Notes under the pieces: model-generated
Seen by the model: the letters and a program-made list of their open reading frames with translations, nothing else
What the model was told of the DNA's origin: nothing
Database searches by the model: none
Position numbers and translations under genes: made by a program
Assembly: GCA_963665325.3 (NCBI GenBank)
Contig: CAXXWS020000001.1
Coordinates: 64,001-128,000, forward strand
Direction of reading: 5' to 3'
DNA: 64,000 bases
DNA from: Alphaproteobacteria bacterium
Lineage (GTDB): Bacteria; Pseudomonadota; Alphaproteobacteria; Bin95
Shown: positions 41,354 to 52,070 of the stretch, one piece after another
How the letters are laid out: the number at the start of each line of letters is the position of its first letter
How positions within the stretch are numbered: position 1 is the stretch's first letter

Positions 41354-42652
41354 TCAGAACTGTCTGACGAAGGAGAGTTCGGCGCGGTTGCGCTTGTAGT
41401 CGAGGGCCTGGGCGTTGGTGTCGCGCTCCTCGCGGACGAGGCTGATGCGGGGGCTGAAGCCGAGCACAGTCACCGCGCGGTTGTGCACCGAGAGCGAGAG
41501 CGTCCGCGTCTCGTCCTCGCGCGGCTCGCGGTCGATGGTGTTGTGGGCGAAGCCCCGCCCCTGGTATTCGGTGCGCTGCATTGAGGCGCGCAGGCCCACG
41601 GTGAAGCCAAGCGGCAGCGCCAGCGACGCGCTCAGGCTGGCCTGCGGGCCGCTCGAGCGCCAGTGTTCGGAGTTGGCGCGGCTCCAGTTCCAGCCGGCAT
41701 TGCCGCTGAGGCGCAGGACCGGCAGCGCGGCCCATGTGGCCCCGAGCGAGACATTCCCCTCCGGGCCGTCGAGATGATTGCAGTCGCGGCAGTTGCGCCG
41801 GGCGGCGCTCGTCCGGGCGAACATCGCAAGACGCGGCGTCAGCCGGTGCTCGCCTTCCAGGCGCAGGCCGAAGCGGTCTGTCTCGGGCATCCCGGCGGCC
41901 CATTGCCGGTCCACGGTCGCCAGCAGGCTCGCCTCCGTCCTCGTGTCGATGAGCCGGCGCGGGCCGAGATGGGCCGAGAGGAAATGGCGGTCGAAGGTCC
42001 CGCCCTTGTATTCCCGGATGCTGGCGTTGGCCCCGGAGCGCAGCCGGAGAGTCTGTGAAAGCGGATACTGGTATTCGCCGCCACCCCAGATGGAGAGGCC
42101 AAGGCCGGACTTCGGTGCGATGTCGCCCTGGCGGGTGAACGGTATGCGTTGCCCGAGAAAGTCGAGGAAGATCGTGCGTTCGCCGGAGGCGGCGTTCAGA
42201 TTGCTGTCCGGGGCAAGGGCCGCGCCGAAATGCGCCTCCCAGCGCCGCCGCGAGCGCATGGTGCGCAGAAAGCGGACGATATTGGCAACCACCGGGGGCG
42301 GCGGCCTGCCGGCCAGCACCTGCTCGAAATGCCTCCGGGCGAGCGTGTCCTCCTCCTTCAGGAAGAAGGCGCGGGCGAGTTCGAGCCGCACCCGCACAAG
42401 CTCCGGGTTATTCACCAGGATGGAACGGAACGCGGCGATGGCCTCGTCGAGCTTCTCGTCGCGGGCCTCACGGCCCGTTGCGGTGTGGGCGGCATGGAGG
42501 GCCGCTATGCCAGCTCGGAAGCGCCTGTCGGTGGCATCAGCGGCGCCAACGCCGCCTTTCGCAACATTCGCTGCGCCGGGAGCGGCATAGGCGAGCGTCG
42601 CGGTGACGAGGATGAGAAGGCCGGTGACGATGATGAGGATCAGGAAGCGCAA
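41354..42652 (-). CDS. Slam / DUF560 (type XI secretion) B
   Basis: Closely similar to Slam A from RDEKLDEAIAAFR to the identical C-terminus; TTG start inferred before the signal peptide. Confidence 0.85.
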   Translation of the reverse strand: MRFLILIIVTGLLILVTATLAYAAPGAANVAKGGVGAADATDRRFRAGIAALHAAHTATGREARDEKLDEAIAAFRSILVNNPELVRVRLELARAFFLKEEDTLARRHFEQVLAGRPPPPVVANIVRFLRTMRSRRRWEAHFGAALAPDSNLNAASGERTIFLDFLGQRIPFTRQGDIAPKSGLGLSIWGGGEYQYPLSQTLRLRSGANASIREYKGGTFDRHFLSAHLGPRRLIDTRTEASLLATVDRQWAAGMPETDRFGLRLEGEHRLTPRLAMFARTSAARRNCRDCNHLDGPEGNVSLGATWAALPVLRLSGNAGWNWSRANSEHWRSSGPQASLSASLALPLGFTVGLRASMQRTEYQGRGFAHNTIDREPREDETRTLSLSVHNRAVTVLGFSPRISLVREERDTNAQALDYKRNRAELSFVRQF

Positions 42653-42679
42653 ATCACGTTCCGCTGACTCGAATGAAAG

Positions 42680-42708
42680 AGGCCCACGGGGCAGTGCCCC
42701 GTGGGCCT
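42680..42708 (-). terminator. Hairpin between lipoprotein B and Slam B
   Basis: AGGCCCACGGGGC-AGT-GCCCCGTGGGCCT perfect 13-bp stem; CTTTC follows on the minus strand. Confidence 0.6.
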
Positions 42709-42767
42709 GGGTAGTCCCCCGCGCCCCGGCCGCCGGAGCAGCCGGGGTGAAGGCCCGAACAACGCCG

Positions 42768-44300
42768 TCAGTTCGGCGGGTTCGGGTTCTCGATATTGGC
42801 GCCGAACGCGCCGAGCATCCTGCCCTGTTCGTTGAAGTTGGCGTTGAACGTGCCCGAAACGCCGGTGGGCAGATTGTCGTTGCGGCTCTTGCCGGTGTTG
42901 GAAAGCTGCGCTTGCCAACCGCCCGCTGCGTCCGCCTTGCTCGACCCGACGGCCCATTGCGTGGACGAATCGGCTCTCGCGACCGAGCCATCGGCGGTGG
43001 AGATGGCATGTGGCATCAGCGTCACGGTCCAGCCCGGGTCCGTGCCGTCATCGCCGAGCCGGAAGCCGAAGATCGAGCCATTCATCATGTTGGTATCGAA
43101 GTTTGCCGCAAGGCTGGCCTTCGCGGTGAAGTGGCCGCCATGGGCGGTGTCCGCGACCCGGTCCCGCCAAGCATACTTGCCGGCGGCGCCGCCTTCGTAA
43201 TCCGCCTCGCCGGTCAGTGCGTCAACATCGCCCACGGCGGTGCCCCCCCGCGGTCCGTGGAACACCGTCACGGCGTCAAGCGGATCGGAGGACGTCTTGA
43301 TGTCCCTCATCCACCACCCGAAGGTCATGTAGGCGGGATCCGCGATCGAGACCATCGCTCCGGTGTTGGCGGTGAACGTCCAGCCCGCACCGCCGCCGAA
43401 CGCGATGGTGCCATTGGCATTCACCGACGAGGTGCAGTCGGCCCCGGTGCACTGGTAGGACCCGGTGGCGCCACTGTACGTGCCGGGCAGCATCACCACA
43501 TCGTTCGTAGCCGCGGCCTCAGTCGACTTGGCATTCGGCTCGTGCTCGACCGTGCCGCCGTCGCGCCCATCGAAGGCCGCGCCCGCAACGCCTGCGTGAG
43601 CAGTGGTCGACAACGGCAGCTCCTGCCCGCCGCCGCCATGCACCTCCGAGAACAGCTTGCTGCTCGACGCGGCGATGTCGGTATAGACGAACATCGTGTC
43701 GGCCCTGGTCGTGTCCTCCCAGGTCAGCATCGTTCCCGAGAAGCCGTTGTTCGCGGCAAGGCTCACCGACGTTCCGGCCTGTGCGCTCGTGAACGCGGTA
43801 TTGGTGGTTGCGTCGATGTCGACAAGCGGGTCAGCAACACCGGCACCGTCAAGAAACGTCTTTAGATTGGTGCCGGTCAACCGTGTCGTCCCCCCGTACC
43901 TCGCCGATACCAGCGGCGTGGTTCCGGCAATCGACGCGTCGGCGGGAGTGGTGGAATCGCCCAACGGGTCGAGCACGCCGAAGATGGCCTTGCCCTTCGC
44001 CGTCATGGCGATCGTGGCAGCCTTGTTCGCATTATCCTTCTCGTCGTTGACCTGCTTGGTGAGATCGCGCACCTGATTTTCCAGAGCGGTGACGCTGCCG
44101 GTCAGGTCGTCAATGTCGATCGCCGGCAGCCCAAGCTCCGCCCGCAGCGCGTTGATCTGCCCTTGAAGCGTGGCGATCTGCTCTACCTGTGTCGCGCCGT
44201 CCGTTGCCGACTGGGGCGACCCTCCGCCGCCTCCGCATCCGGCAAGCGCCAGGGCCGTAGCGGTCATCGCCGCGATAGCCCAATGTTTCATGGTTCTCAT
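42768..44300 (-). CDS. Surface lipoprotein with TbpB/HpuA-like barrel (Slam cargo) B, with N-terminal coiled coil
   Basis: MRTMKH...LALAGCGGGG lipobox; AYMTFGWW, YEGGAAGKYA, FTAKASLAANF, GAFGA. Confidence 0.75.
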   Translation of the reverse strand: MRTMKHWAIAAMTATALALAGCGGGGGSPQSATDGATQVEQIATLQGQINALRAELGLPAIDIDDLTGSVTALENQVRDLTKQVNDEKDNANKAATIAMTAKGKAIFGVLDPLGDSTTPADASIAGTTPLVSARYGGTTRLTGTNLKTFLDGAGVADPLVDIDATTNTAFTSAQAGTSVSLAANNGFSGTMLTWEDTTRADTMFVYTDIAASSSKLFSEVHGGGGQELPLSTTAHAGVAGAAFDGRDGGTVEHEPNAKSTEAAATNDVVMLPGTYSGATGSYQCTGADCTSSVNANGTIAFGGGAGWTFTANTGAMVSIADPAYMTFGWWMRDIKTSSDPLDAVTVFHGPRGGTAVGDVDALTGEADYEGGAAGKYAWRDRVADTAHGGHFTAKASLAANFDTNMMNGSIFGFRLGDDGTDPGWTVTLMPHAISTADGSVARADSSTQWAVGSSKADAAGGWQAQLSNTGKSRNDNLPTGVSGTFNANFNEQGRMLGAFGANIENPNPPN

Positions 44301-44388
44301 CGAACCTCTCTCCTTTCAACCCGGGCCGGCCGCGCCAGCCGGGCAAATTGTCTTGGTCGTTCCTCCGTGGCGTGGACTACCGCGCCGA

Positions 44389-45411
44389 TCAGAAGCCGAG
44401 CGTGATGCCGGTCACGAACGCCGTGCCTTCGGTCTCGTTGGCGGTGTCCTCGACGCCGAAGACAGAGCTTTTCCACGCGACGCCCGGCGCCAGCGAATAG
44501 CTGGCCGAGAGCATGGTCGCGTTGCGCTCCGTGCCGTCTTCCACATCGTGGAGCATATGCCCCAGGCTGACCGACATCGGGCCGTCCGCGTAGCTGACGC
44601 TGGCGCCCACGACCGACCACTCGTCCTTTGTCATGCCCGTGCCCTTGTCGCGCTCGGCATAGGCAACGTTGAAACCGAACGCGCCGGTGCTGACCGCAAG
44701 GCCCATGTTGGTGAACGTGTCGTCGTCGGCGTCAGTGCCGGCGGCGCGGTGGCCGAGCGAAATCTTGACGCTGGCGTCGGCGAGTTCCTGGTTCAGGTTG
44801 ATGCCGCCGGCGACCACGGCGTTGTCGTTGTTCTTCGGTGCGCTGGTGACCGAGTTCTCGCTGGCCGAGTCCGCCCCGTAGGACAGGCCGACCTGTACGC
44901 CGTTCATGCGCGGCGAGATGTAGATGACGTTCAGGTTGTCCCCGATCCAGCCATTGGTGTCGAGATAGGCGCCCGGGATCCACTTCTGCGTGTCGCCTGC
45001 GTTCAGGCCGACGCCGACATCCTTGATGCCGTAATGCGTGCGCGCATGGATCGGGTCGCGCTGGCCGATCTCGATCCGACCGAAGTCGCCGCTCATGAAT
45101 GCGAACGACTCGTCGATCTCGGTGTCGTCGCCCTTCGGATCGGTATGCGCTTCGTTGTTGGCCTCGAGCTGGACATGCACGCCGAACTTGAGACCCATGT
45201 CGGACTCCATCGAGCCCTTGAAATAGATTTCGCTGTCCGACTGGATGTCGACACCGCCCTCGTCGCTGTCGTCAGTCCGGTCGGCTGCACCAATCCACTG
45301 TTGCATATAGCCGCCGACGCCGACGCTCAGCATGTCGGCCGCCGAAGCCGGCCCGGCAGCCAGCGCGCCGGCCAAGGCCAGCGCGGAGGTCGCAAGCAGG
45401 GTTTTTCTCAT
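44389..45411 (-). CDS. Alphaproteobacterial porin, paralog B
   Basis: First about 41 aa nearly identical to porin A; YSLAPGV, TAFVTGITLGF. Confidence 0.85.
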   Translation of the reverse strand: MRKTLLATSALALAGALAAGPASAADMLSVGVGGYMQQWIGAADRTDDSDEGGVDIQSDSEIYFKGSMESDMGLKFGVHVQLEANNEAHTDPKGDDTEIDESFAFMSGDFGRIEIGQRDPIHARTHYGIKDVGVGLNAGDTQKWIPGAYLDTNGWIGDNLNVIYISPRMNGVQVGLSYGADSASENSVTSAPKNNDNAVVAGGINLNQELADASVKISLGHRAAGTDADDDTFTNMGLAVSTGAFGFNVAYAERDKGTGMTKDEWSVVGASVSYADGPMSVSLGHMLHDVEDGTERNATMLSASYSLAPGVAWKSSVFGVEDTANETEGTAFVTGITLGF

Positions 45412-45635
45412 AATCCCCAATGTGCGACCGGAAGATGCTTCGAAAGCCGATCAGCGGGTTACGAAAACCGCGTGTCCGCAGGGAGTTGCCGTAACTCCAC
45501 GATTGCCGGATGGACCCGGTTATGCGGGTCGGGTCGAACGGCTACCTGTCGGTTCAGGCTTCCGGTGGTTACCGAGATCGCCTGTCCCGTTCAGCGCCGC
45601 CCGTGCGCATCCAGACGCCAAATTGTCATCGATAA

Positions 45636-45666
45636 GGGACTTACAAAGATTGGTTGACGGCATCTT
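45636..45666 (+). repeat. 31-bp direct repeat, copy 1
   Basis: GGGACTTACAAAGATTGGTTGACGGCATCTT, identical at 60198-60228. Confidence 0.9.
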
Positions 45667-45693
45667 GCCAGTCTTCGTCCGGACCGGTCCGCG

Positions 45694-46968
45694 TCAGGGG
45701 CATGCAGGCTCCGAAACGCGGTCCAAACCGCTCCAGGAGAGCGCTATGTCGGCGCTTCGATGTTCGAAGGCGCCGGCATAGCGCCTGATTTCCTCGGGCG
45801 TCATACCCAGCCGTTCCCCCAACCCTCGCCAGTTGTCGCGGATATATGAGGCCATCGCTTTCGCCCGCGCTGCCGCGGCATCGACGGAGACGTCGAAAAA
45901 CGGGGCGGCATCGATCGCCGCCTCGATGTCGGGTTCGAACCCGTGGACCTCCGAAATGCCGGTCTGCAAAAGGCCTCCTCCCCCGGGCTCGGGATTGATG
46001 TCGTAGGCGGGCGACAGACGCCACCGGCCGCCAGAGACATGGAGAAAGGCATGATTGCGGAGATGGTCGTCGAAGTTCGAGACGAGGATGGTAAACAGCA
46101 GGCGGCCGTACAGCTCGGCCATGTCCACTGCCGGCTCTTCCCCATGCCCCCTGATGGCGTCCGCGATCGAAACGTAATCGCTCGGCTCGGCGCCGTCGAT
46201 CGCGAGCATTGTCTGCGCCGACATGAAAGGAATACGCCTCTCTCCCGACCGGTCGAAGCGCCGGATGAGGGCGACGGGATAGCGACGGGCTCCGGGCAGC
46301 AGCTGCGCCTCGGCCGCACGGATGCCGCATGCAGATGCGAGCTGCAACGCGAGGACCTCTCCCCTCGCCACGGGGAGCGCGTCCCCGGTGCTTGCCAGCT
46401 TTGCAATCCAGAGCACGCCGTCGCGGTCCGCTACATTGACCTTCGGTCGCGCGCCGCCGAGTGAACCCAAAGCCCCCATGAACTCGTCCCGAAGTTCCCT
46501 GAACGCCTCCGGATCGTCTTCGAACCTTCTCGAGGCCACGTTCAGCGCCGGGATATCGCTAAACCGCGGAATGCGCTGCTCACGCGGCGCCGCCAACGGC
46601 TCACCGTCCTCGTTGAAGTATCGCAGCGCTCCTGTGCGAAGGTAATCGTCGACCTCGGTCAGATAGTCGAAGTCGTCGCAATGCCGGCCGCGAGATCGCC
46701 TCCTTATGATCGCCCGTCCCCATGAGTCCGGAGCCCCGTCCATCATGACGGCCGGAATTCCAGACCTCTCTCCCCGGCGCGCCGTATGAAACGTGAACCC
46801 GCTCAGGGGGAGCGCCGGGGAGAGCGCGAATGCATCCCGCGATTGAAGCCAATCCGGGTCGTAGGTGAAGACCGAATGCTCGCGCCGACCGTCATTTTCG
46901 TAAATAAGCGTTCCCACCGGTCGCGCAACTTCGCCGATGCGTACGTCGAGATGCCGCGTTCCTACCAT
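45694..46968 (-). CDS. hipA: HipA-family kinase toxin
   Basis: DGAPDSWGR, GSLGGARPK, RRFDR, NFDDHLRNHAF, LSPAYDINP. Confidence 0.9.
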   Translation of the reverse strand: MVGTRHLDVRIGEVARPVGTLIYENDGRREHSVFTYDPDWLQSRDAFALSPALPLSGFTFHTARRGERSGIPAVMMDGAPDSWGRAIIRRRSRGRHCDDFDYLTEVDDYLRTGALRYFNEDGEPLAAPREQRIPRFSDIPALNVASRRFEDDPEAFRELRDEFMGALGSLGGARPKVNVADRDGVLWIAKLASTGDALPVARGEVLALQLASACGIRAAEAQLLPGARRYPVALIRRFDRSGERRIPFMSAQTMLAIDGAEPSDYVSIADAIRGHGEEPAVDMAELYGRLLFTILVSNFDDHLRNHAFLHVSGGRWRLSPAYDINPEPGGGGLLQTGISEVHGFEPDIEAAIDAAPFFDVSVDAAAARAKAMASYIRDNWRGLGERLGMTPEEIRRYAGAFEHRSADIALSWSGLDRVSEPACP

Positions 46969-47315
46969 GCCGATTCGTCCCGCCGCCCGGCTGCGGAAGG
47001 AACATGGGGATAGCGTCTGGTTCTCCGGATACGTTGTGGAATCGTCTGCCCGGACAGCAGCAGCCCGGCATCGTCCCTGGCAGGGTTCACGAGCTCGCGG
47101 AGACGGTCCAGCTCGCCGAGCGCCTGCAGGGCGGCCGCCAAATTGCCGATCGAAATGCCGGAGTCACCCCTCTCGAGACGCGCGAGCGTGCTCCTTGACA
47201 CACCCATCCGCTCGGCGAAGTCCTCCGTCGACATCCGTCGAACGCGACGGGCCCGGGCGATATCCCTGCCGAGTTGGCGGATCGACCGGTCTATGGCTGG
47301 ACGAATTGTTGGCAT
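46962..47315 (-). CDS. XRE-family HTH antitoxin (HipB-like)
   Basis: ARRVRRMSTEDFAERMGVSRSTLARLERGD; overlaps the hipA start. Confidence 0.85.
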   Translation of the reverse strand: MPTIRPAIDRSIRQLGRDIARARRVRRMSTEDFAERMGVSRSTLARLERGDSGISIGNLAAALQALGELDRLRELVNPARDDAGLLLSGQTIPQRIRRTRRYPHVPSAAGRRDESAW

Positions 47316-47844
47316 TGTCCTGAATGTGCTGCAATGTAAGCGATAAAGACTCGTATATGACACAGTAAATAGATTGTCAATCTATGACAAGAATTCTGGA
47401 TGCACACCTGTTGCTCTATCTTGAATGGGACTTTCGTCACAATCGACAAGGCCTGCGATACGAACCTCCATCCGGTCCAGAGTGACGCGCACGCACCTTT
47501 GTCTCCGCAAGCCGGCTATTGCCTCCTCCTCCCTACAGGTGCCCCTGAACAGACCCAAGCCGGCCATTTTGGGCATGCTGCATCCGGCGTCCAGAATCAC
47601 GAAACGGGTCACCGCTCCACCGGCAGGCATTGGCTCGTTTCCCAGATTCTCTTGCCGCCGGCGTCCAGCGTCCAGACCGCCACGCCCGCGTGATCCCCCA
47701 GACTCGGAACCGCGTCGACCACGTCAGGTTCCGCAGACGGCCTGCCGTGGGCCGGAATGTGGCAAGGCACGTTCTTCGGTCCGAATATGGGCACGGACGC
47801 AGATGGCGATCCCATCTCCGTAGCGCCGTCCGGCGTTGCCGGGC

Positions 47845-48361
47845 ACCCGGAACTGCGCCGGGACGATATCGAGCCGCTCGGAGCGGTCTTCGCCGATACG
47901 AACCATCTCGCCGCAGCCGCAAGGCCACTCGATGCTCTCGGGTTCGATCACCCGCTCGATGCGCGGCAGGTGGCCGGCAGCCGACCGATGTTGCGTTCGG
48001 CGGCCGGGCGCTTCGGCCGCGCCGGCCGCGTCGTGCTCGCCGGCGTCTCTTCTTCGGCCCCGGCGAGCGCTCCCTCCAGCTCCTCAAGGGCGAACTGGAG
48101 CTGATCGGGATGAAGCTTCTCGGACTTCTTCGCGAAGAACGCCCGTCGCAACTCGTCGAGAAGATGTTCGAGACGGCGGTTCTGCTCGGTGAGCGAGACC
48201 ACCTCGGCGCGCAGCCTCTCGACAACGCCTCCGGCGTTAAGATCGCTCAGGGCCGGGTTCTCGGCGCGCAGCGCCTCAAGAGCCGCCTGCTGACCGTCGA
48301 TCAGCGCCCGCAAGGGCGGCGCAAGCGATGAAAGGTCAACTCCGGCCGCGCTCGTCTCCAT
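47845..48361 (-). pseudogene. IS66 family transposase (TnpC) N-terminal fragment, frameshifted
   Basis: RRAFFAKKSEKL..QLQFALEE leucine zipper, then CGCGEMVRIGEDRSERLDIVPAQFRV in another frame. Confidence 0.8.
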
Positions 48362-48639
48362 GCCCGAACACTACGATGGAATCGGCGCCCCGGAATGCGG
48401 CAAGCCGCCAACTCCGTGTGGCGGCTTCGTTCAACTACGGTCAAGTGCGTCGGAATCCGCGACAGGCCCCCACCGCTTCATTTCCCGCACAACCGCCCCC
48501 GGCCCGGACGAGGACGCCGAAGGCGGCGGCCGCCTCCCGGGCGGCCCCGCGATGGCGCGCCATCGATGCCCCGTCTATATTCCCGTCCTCAAACAAGTGC
48601 CGCCGCGACCGCTTCCTATATCAACACGCCCGGTCGCGC

Positions 48640-48872
48640 GACCCAACAAGAGGAGCCGCAAGCCCGGATCGTCCGCAAGGACATCCTGCCTACCTGCGGT
48701 CATCTCGCCGTGGACGCCATCCGCACTACGCCGAGGGCGGGGACGCGTACAGCCTTCGAACCTGCTGGCGAACCGTTTGCGAAGACGCGATGCTCGGTCG
48801 CCTTCGCCTGCATGGCCTCCGACATACGGCAGCAAGTCAGGCGGTCATGGCGGGCGAGAATCTGCCGCTGGA
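48640..48872 (+). pseudogene. Tyrosine integrase remnant
   Basis: RKDILPTCGHLAVDAI followed by LRLHGLRHTAASQAVMAGENLPL (H-x-x-R box); rest deleted. Confidence 0.7.
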
Positions 48873-49012
48873 GCCGCAGGCCTGGTCGCGATCATGGTGA
48901 ATCGAGCGTTGCGCCTGCACGCTACAATGTCAAAATGCTCCTGCCTGCCGTGATGGCTGGAGTTCGGCGGAACCCAAGACGACAATGTTCCCGATCGTTT
49001 GGAGAGGATCTC

Positions 49013-51847
49013 GTGAAGACATCTGCAACTCTGGCGCTTCGTCCAGGCATCGGCGATGCGGATTGTCCGGGTCGCGCACGGCGCACGGGCGCCTGGCTTC
49101 CATTCAGCCTCACCGTCATCGTCCTGGGCATCGCGCTCGGCGGCGCGGGCGCGGCATGGGCGGAGAATGAATGCGGCCGGCCCGAAGCCGGAACGCCGGT
49201 CGTCTGCTCACCCTCGAACTACGATACGGCCACGGACGGCAACATCGTGTACCGCCCCGGCGAGGCGCACGAGGGCGGTTTCACCATCCGGCTCGCCGAT
49301 GACCTTTCAATCCGCTACGACCGCGACAATCCCGACGACGACCAACTGGTCTTGCCTCAAGATGGAGAGCCCCTCTACAGCGCCGTCAGGGTCGAGACCG
49401 GCGCGGACCATGCGGGCAACATCTCGTTTCTCTCTTCCGCCGACGTGACCTCGAACGGGAGAGGGATTTCGGTCGACCACAACGGGAAGTCGGGCGCGCT
49501 GCGCACGGAAGTCGCGGGCGGCACCTTCACGATCGCAAGCGATTGGCTACGCGCGTACGCCATCCACAGCAATCGTGGCGACGGCTATGAAACAGGCCAG
49601 GAGTTCAGCGGCGACCACGATGTCATCGTCCGCGACGTTGTCGTCGACCTGGACGGAGGGTGGGCCGGCATCGTTGGAGCCCAGGGCGGCGAGGGAAACC
49701 TGAATGTCGCCGTGCGGGACTCCGACATCGAGGTCGATGCCCCCTGGGCCACTGGCGTGTTCGCCATACATCGCGGCACCGGAGACGTCGACATCGATAT
49801 CCGGAATGTCGACATAGACGCTGGCGGCACAATGTCGGTTGACGGGTTCCTGGGCTTCCATCTCGGCAGCGGCAAGACCGACATCGCCGTTCGGGACAGC
49901 ACCATTGCGGTCAAGACCGCGGAAACCAGGTCCGGAAACGGCATAGCCTTTCTCTATTCGGGGGGAGAGGGTGGCGACCTCTCCTTCGATATCCAGGACG
50001 TCGACATCGATATCTCCAGCAGCCTCGGCATCTACCGCATGCACGACAATGAGGAAGGAGGGAGGTATTTCGATGGCATCTGGGGCGGATACTGGGGCGA
50101 GGAAGGCGACATTCACGTCGATGTTCGACGCGCCAATATCGTGATCGAGGGTGCTGACTCCGGTGGAATGTCCTTCATCCATGACAGAAGGGGCGACATC
50201 GCCATCGCCGCGCGCAACGTCGACATCCAGGTCGAGGGCGACCGTTCCGTGGGTATCGGCGGCGGCCAGCGCCACGAGGGCACGGGCGACATCGCCATTG
50301 ACGTTCGCGATTCGACCGTCGTGGCGAAGGGAGAGAGCGTCGCAGGCATTCGGGCGTTCAACTTCACGGGCGAAGGCAGCATCGGCATTCGCGTCGAGGG
50401 CGGGTCGATTACGGCGGAGGGCGAGGGCAGTTCCGGCATCCTTGTCGGCCTCACCGGCCGGTTGTTCGACGACCGGCCTGAGCCGATCGGGGCCCCCGCC
50501 CTTCGGGACGTCACCGTGGACGCCAGCGACAACACGCGCGGGGCGACAGCGGCGCAGAAGGTCGTTGTGAACGGGCGCGTGCGGGGCGGCTCGGGTGTGG
50601 GGGCGGGGGTCCGGCTCTACGGCGGCGGCCGGGTCGAGATCGGCCCCCGGGGCAGCGTCGGCGCGGCCTCCGGCGTTGCCGTGCGGGCCGAGGGACCCGA
50701 GGGAACCGAGCCCGCGTTGCATGTCGAGGCGCAGCTGGACGGCCGCCGGGTGAGCGATACGATCGCGGGCGAAATCAGAAACGACGACGGCCGGACGACT
50801 GTCGCGGTCAACGGGGTGGTCCTGCATGACGGCATGACGGGGGCGACCGGGCTGCGGGCGCCGAACGGGGCGCGCGACATCTCCCTTGCCGCCTCGCAGA
50901 CCGTTGCGGGGCGGACGTTCATGCCGACGGATTTCGCGAGCGCCCATGCGCCGCGGGCCGCGATCTACGAGGCGCTGCCCGGGTTCATGCTGCGGCTGGA
51001 CAGCCGGGAGGAAGTCGGAAAGCGGCTGCGCATGCCCGGTTCGCCCGCGTGGGTCAGGGTTTCTGGCGGCCAGGGGTCCTACGCGCCGGATCGCTCGCGT
51101 GTCGGCGCGGCCTATGAATTCGGCCGCTTCGAAGCCGAGGCGGGGGTCGATTTTGCGTTCTCCCGGGAGGCAAACGTGGCCGGCTGGGCCTCGCTGCGCC
51201 ATGTACGGGGCTCGGCGGACGTGTCCGCGGCGACGGGCGGCGGGAAGATCGATGCCGAGGGCTTCGGCGCGTCGTTCGGGGTCTCGTGGGAGAACGCCGC
51301 CGGCTACCATGCGAGCGGGCGCATCTCGGTGACCCGATACGGGTCGGACCTGCGCGCGGACGGCCGGGGCCTGCTGAAGGAGGGAGTCGATGCAACGGTG
51401 CGCAGCCTCGGGATCGAGGCGGGCCGGCGTTTCTCGCTCGCCGACGATCTGACCCTGACGCCCCAGGCGTGGTTGACCCGCTCGGACGTTTCGATTGACG
51501 GATTCCGGGACGCCGTGGGTTCGCGGGTCTCGCCTGGAAAGACCGATCGGTCCGTCGCCGGTGTCGGCGTCGTCACGGAGACCGCGCATTCATGGGACGG
51601 CGGTGAACGAAAGCTCGACTTGCGCGGCCGTCTGGGCGTGGAGCGGGTGCTGGGGGATGCGGAGACTGCGGCCGATGTCTCGGGCGAGCGCCTCGGCTCG
51701 GAGGCTGCCCGGACCCGGGGCGTGCTGGGTCTGGGCGCGGCGTACCGCTGGAACAGGTGGTCGCTGGGCGGCGAGGTTTCCGCCTCCGGCCTGGGCTCGG
51801 ACGACAGCGGCTACACCGTCAGCCTCCGTCTCGGAATGCAGTTCTAG
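49013..51847 (+). CDS. Autotransporter (type Va) with beta-helical passenger
   Basis: GGAGAGG RBS plus GTG, signal peptide ending AWA, repeated DI-x-I-D-V-R-D-S rungs, PRAAIYEALP linker, barrel ending SLRLGMQF. Confidence 0.82.
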   Translation: MKTSATLALRPGIGDADCPGRARRTGAWLPFSLTVIVLGIALGGAGAAWAENECGRPEAGTPVVCSPSNYDTATDGNIVYRPGEAHEGGFTIRLADDLSIRYDRDNPDDDQLVLPQDGEPLYSAVRVETGADHAGNISFLSSADVTSNGRGISVDHNGKSGALRTEVAGGTFTIASDWLRAYAIHSNRGDGYETGQEFSGDHDVIVRDVVVDLDGGWAGIVGAQGGEGNLNVAVRDSDIEVDAPWATGVFAIHRGTGDVDIDIRNVDIDAGGTMSVDGFLGFHLGSGKTDIAVRDSTIAVKTAETRSGNGIAFLYSGGEGGDLSFDIQDVDIDISSSLGIYRMHDNEEGGRYFDGIWGGYWGEEGDIHVDVRRANIVIEGADSGGMSFIHDRRGDIAIAARNVDIQVEGDRSVGIGGGQRHEGTGDIAIDVRDSTVVAKGESVAGIRAFNFTGEGSIGIRVEGGSITAEGEGSSGILVGLTGRLFDDRPEPIGAPALRDVTVDASDNTRGATAAQKVVVNGRVRGGSGVGAGVRLYGGGRVEIGPRGSVGAASGVAVRAEGPEGTEPALHVEAQLDGRRVSDTIAGEIRNDDGRTTVAVNGVVLHDGMTGATGLRAPNGARDISLAASQTVAGRTFMPTDFASAHAPRAAIYEALPGFMLRLDSREEVGKRLRMPGSPAWVRVSGGQGSYAPDRSRVGAAYEFGRFEAEAGVDFAFSREANVAGWASLRHVRGSADVSAATGGGKIDAEGFGASFGVSWENAAGYHASGRISVTRYGSDLRADGRGLLKEGVDATVRSLGIEAGRRFSLADDLTLTPQAWLTRSDVSIDGFRDAVGSRVSPGKTDRSVAGVGVVTETAHSWDGGERKLDLRGRLGVERVLGDAETAADVSGERLGSEAARTRGVLGLGAAYRWNRWSLGGEVSASGLGSDDSGYTVSLRLGMQF

Positions 51848-52070
51848 GGTGCGACCGGACCACAGCCTCGTCGGAACATGCGCAAGGATGTCACCAGCAA
51901 CCGACCGCGGGAGCGGAGCGCGGCCCCGAAGCGTTGAACCCGGGGCGTCGCCTGCAGTGACAATTTCGACGCGAGCCAGGCCGCTGCATGGTCATCGGAC
52001 GAAAGGGGACTGGGTCGATGAACAGCGCCGTGTCGCCAGAACCTGCGGTCGGCGCTGCGGATTCCCGTCC

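Noticed and set aside
47400-47455. HLLLYLEWDFRHNR resembling an IS1595 transposase C-terminus
   Set aside because: Only about 14 residues with a gap and no supporting ends
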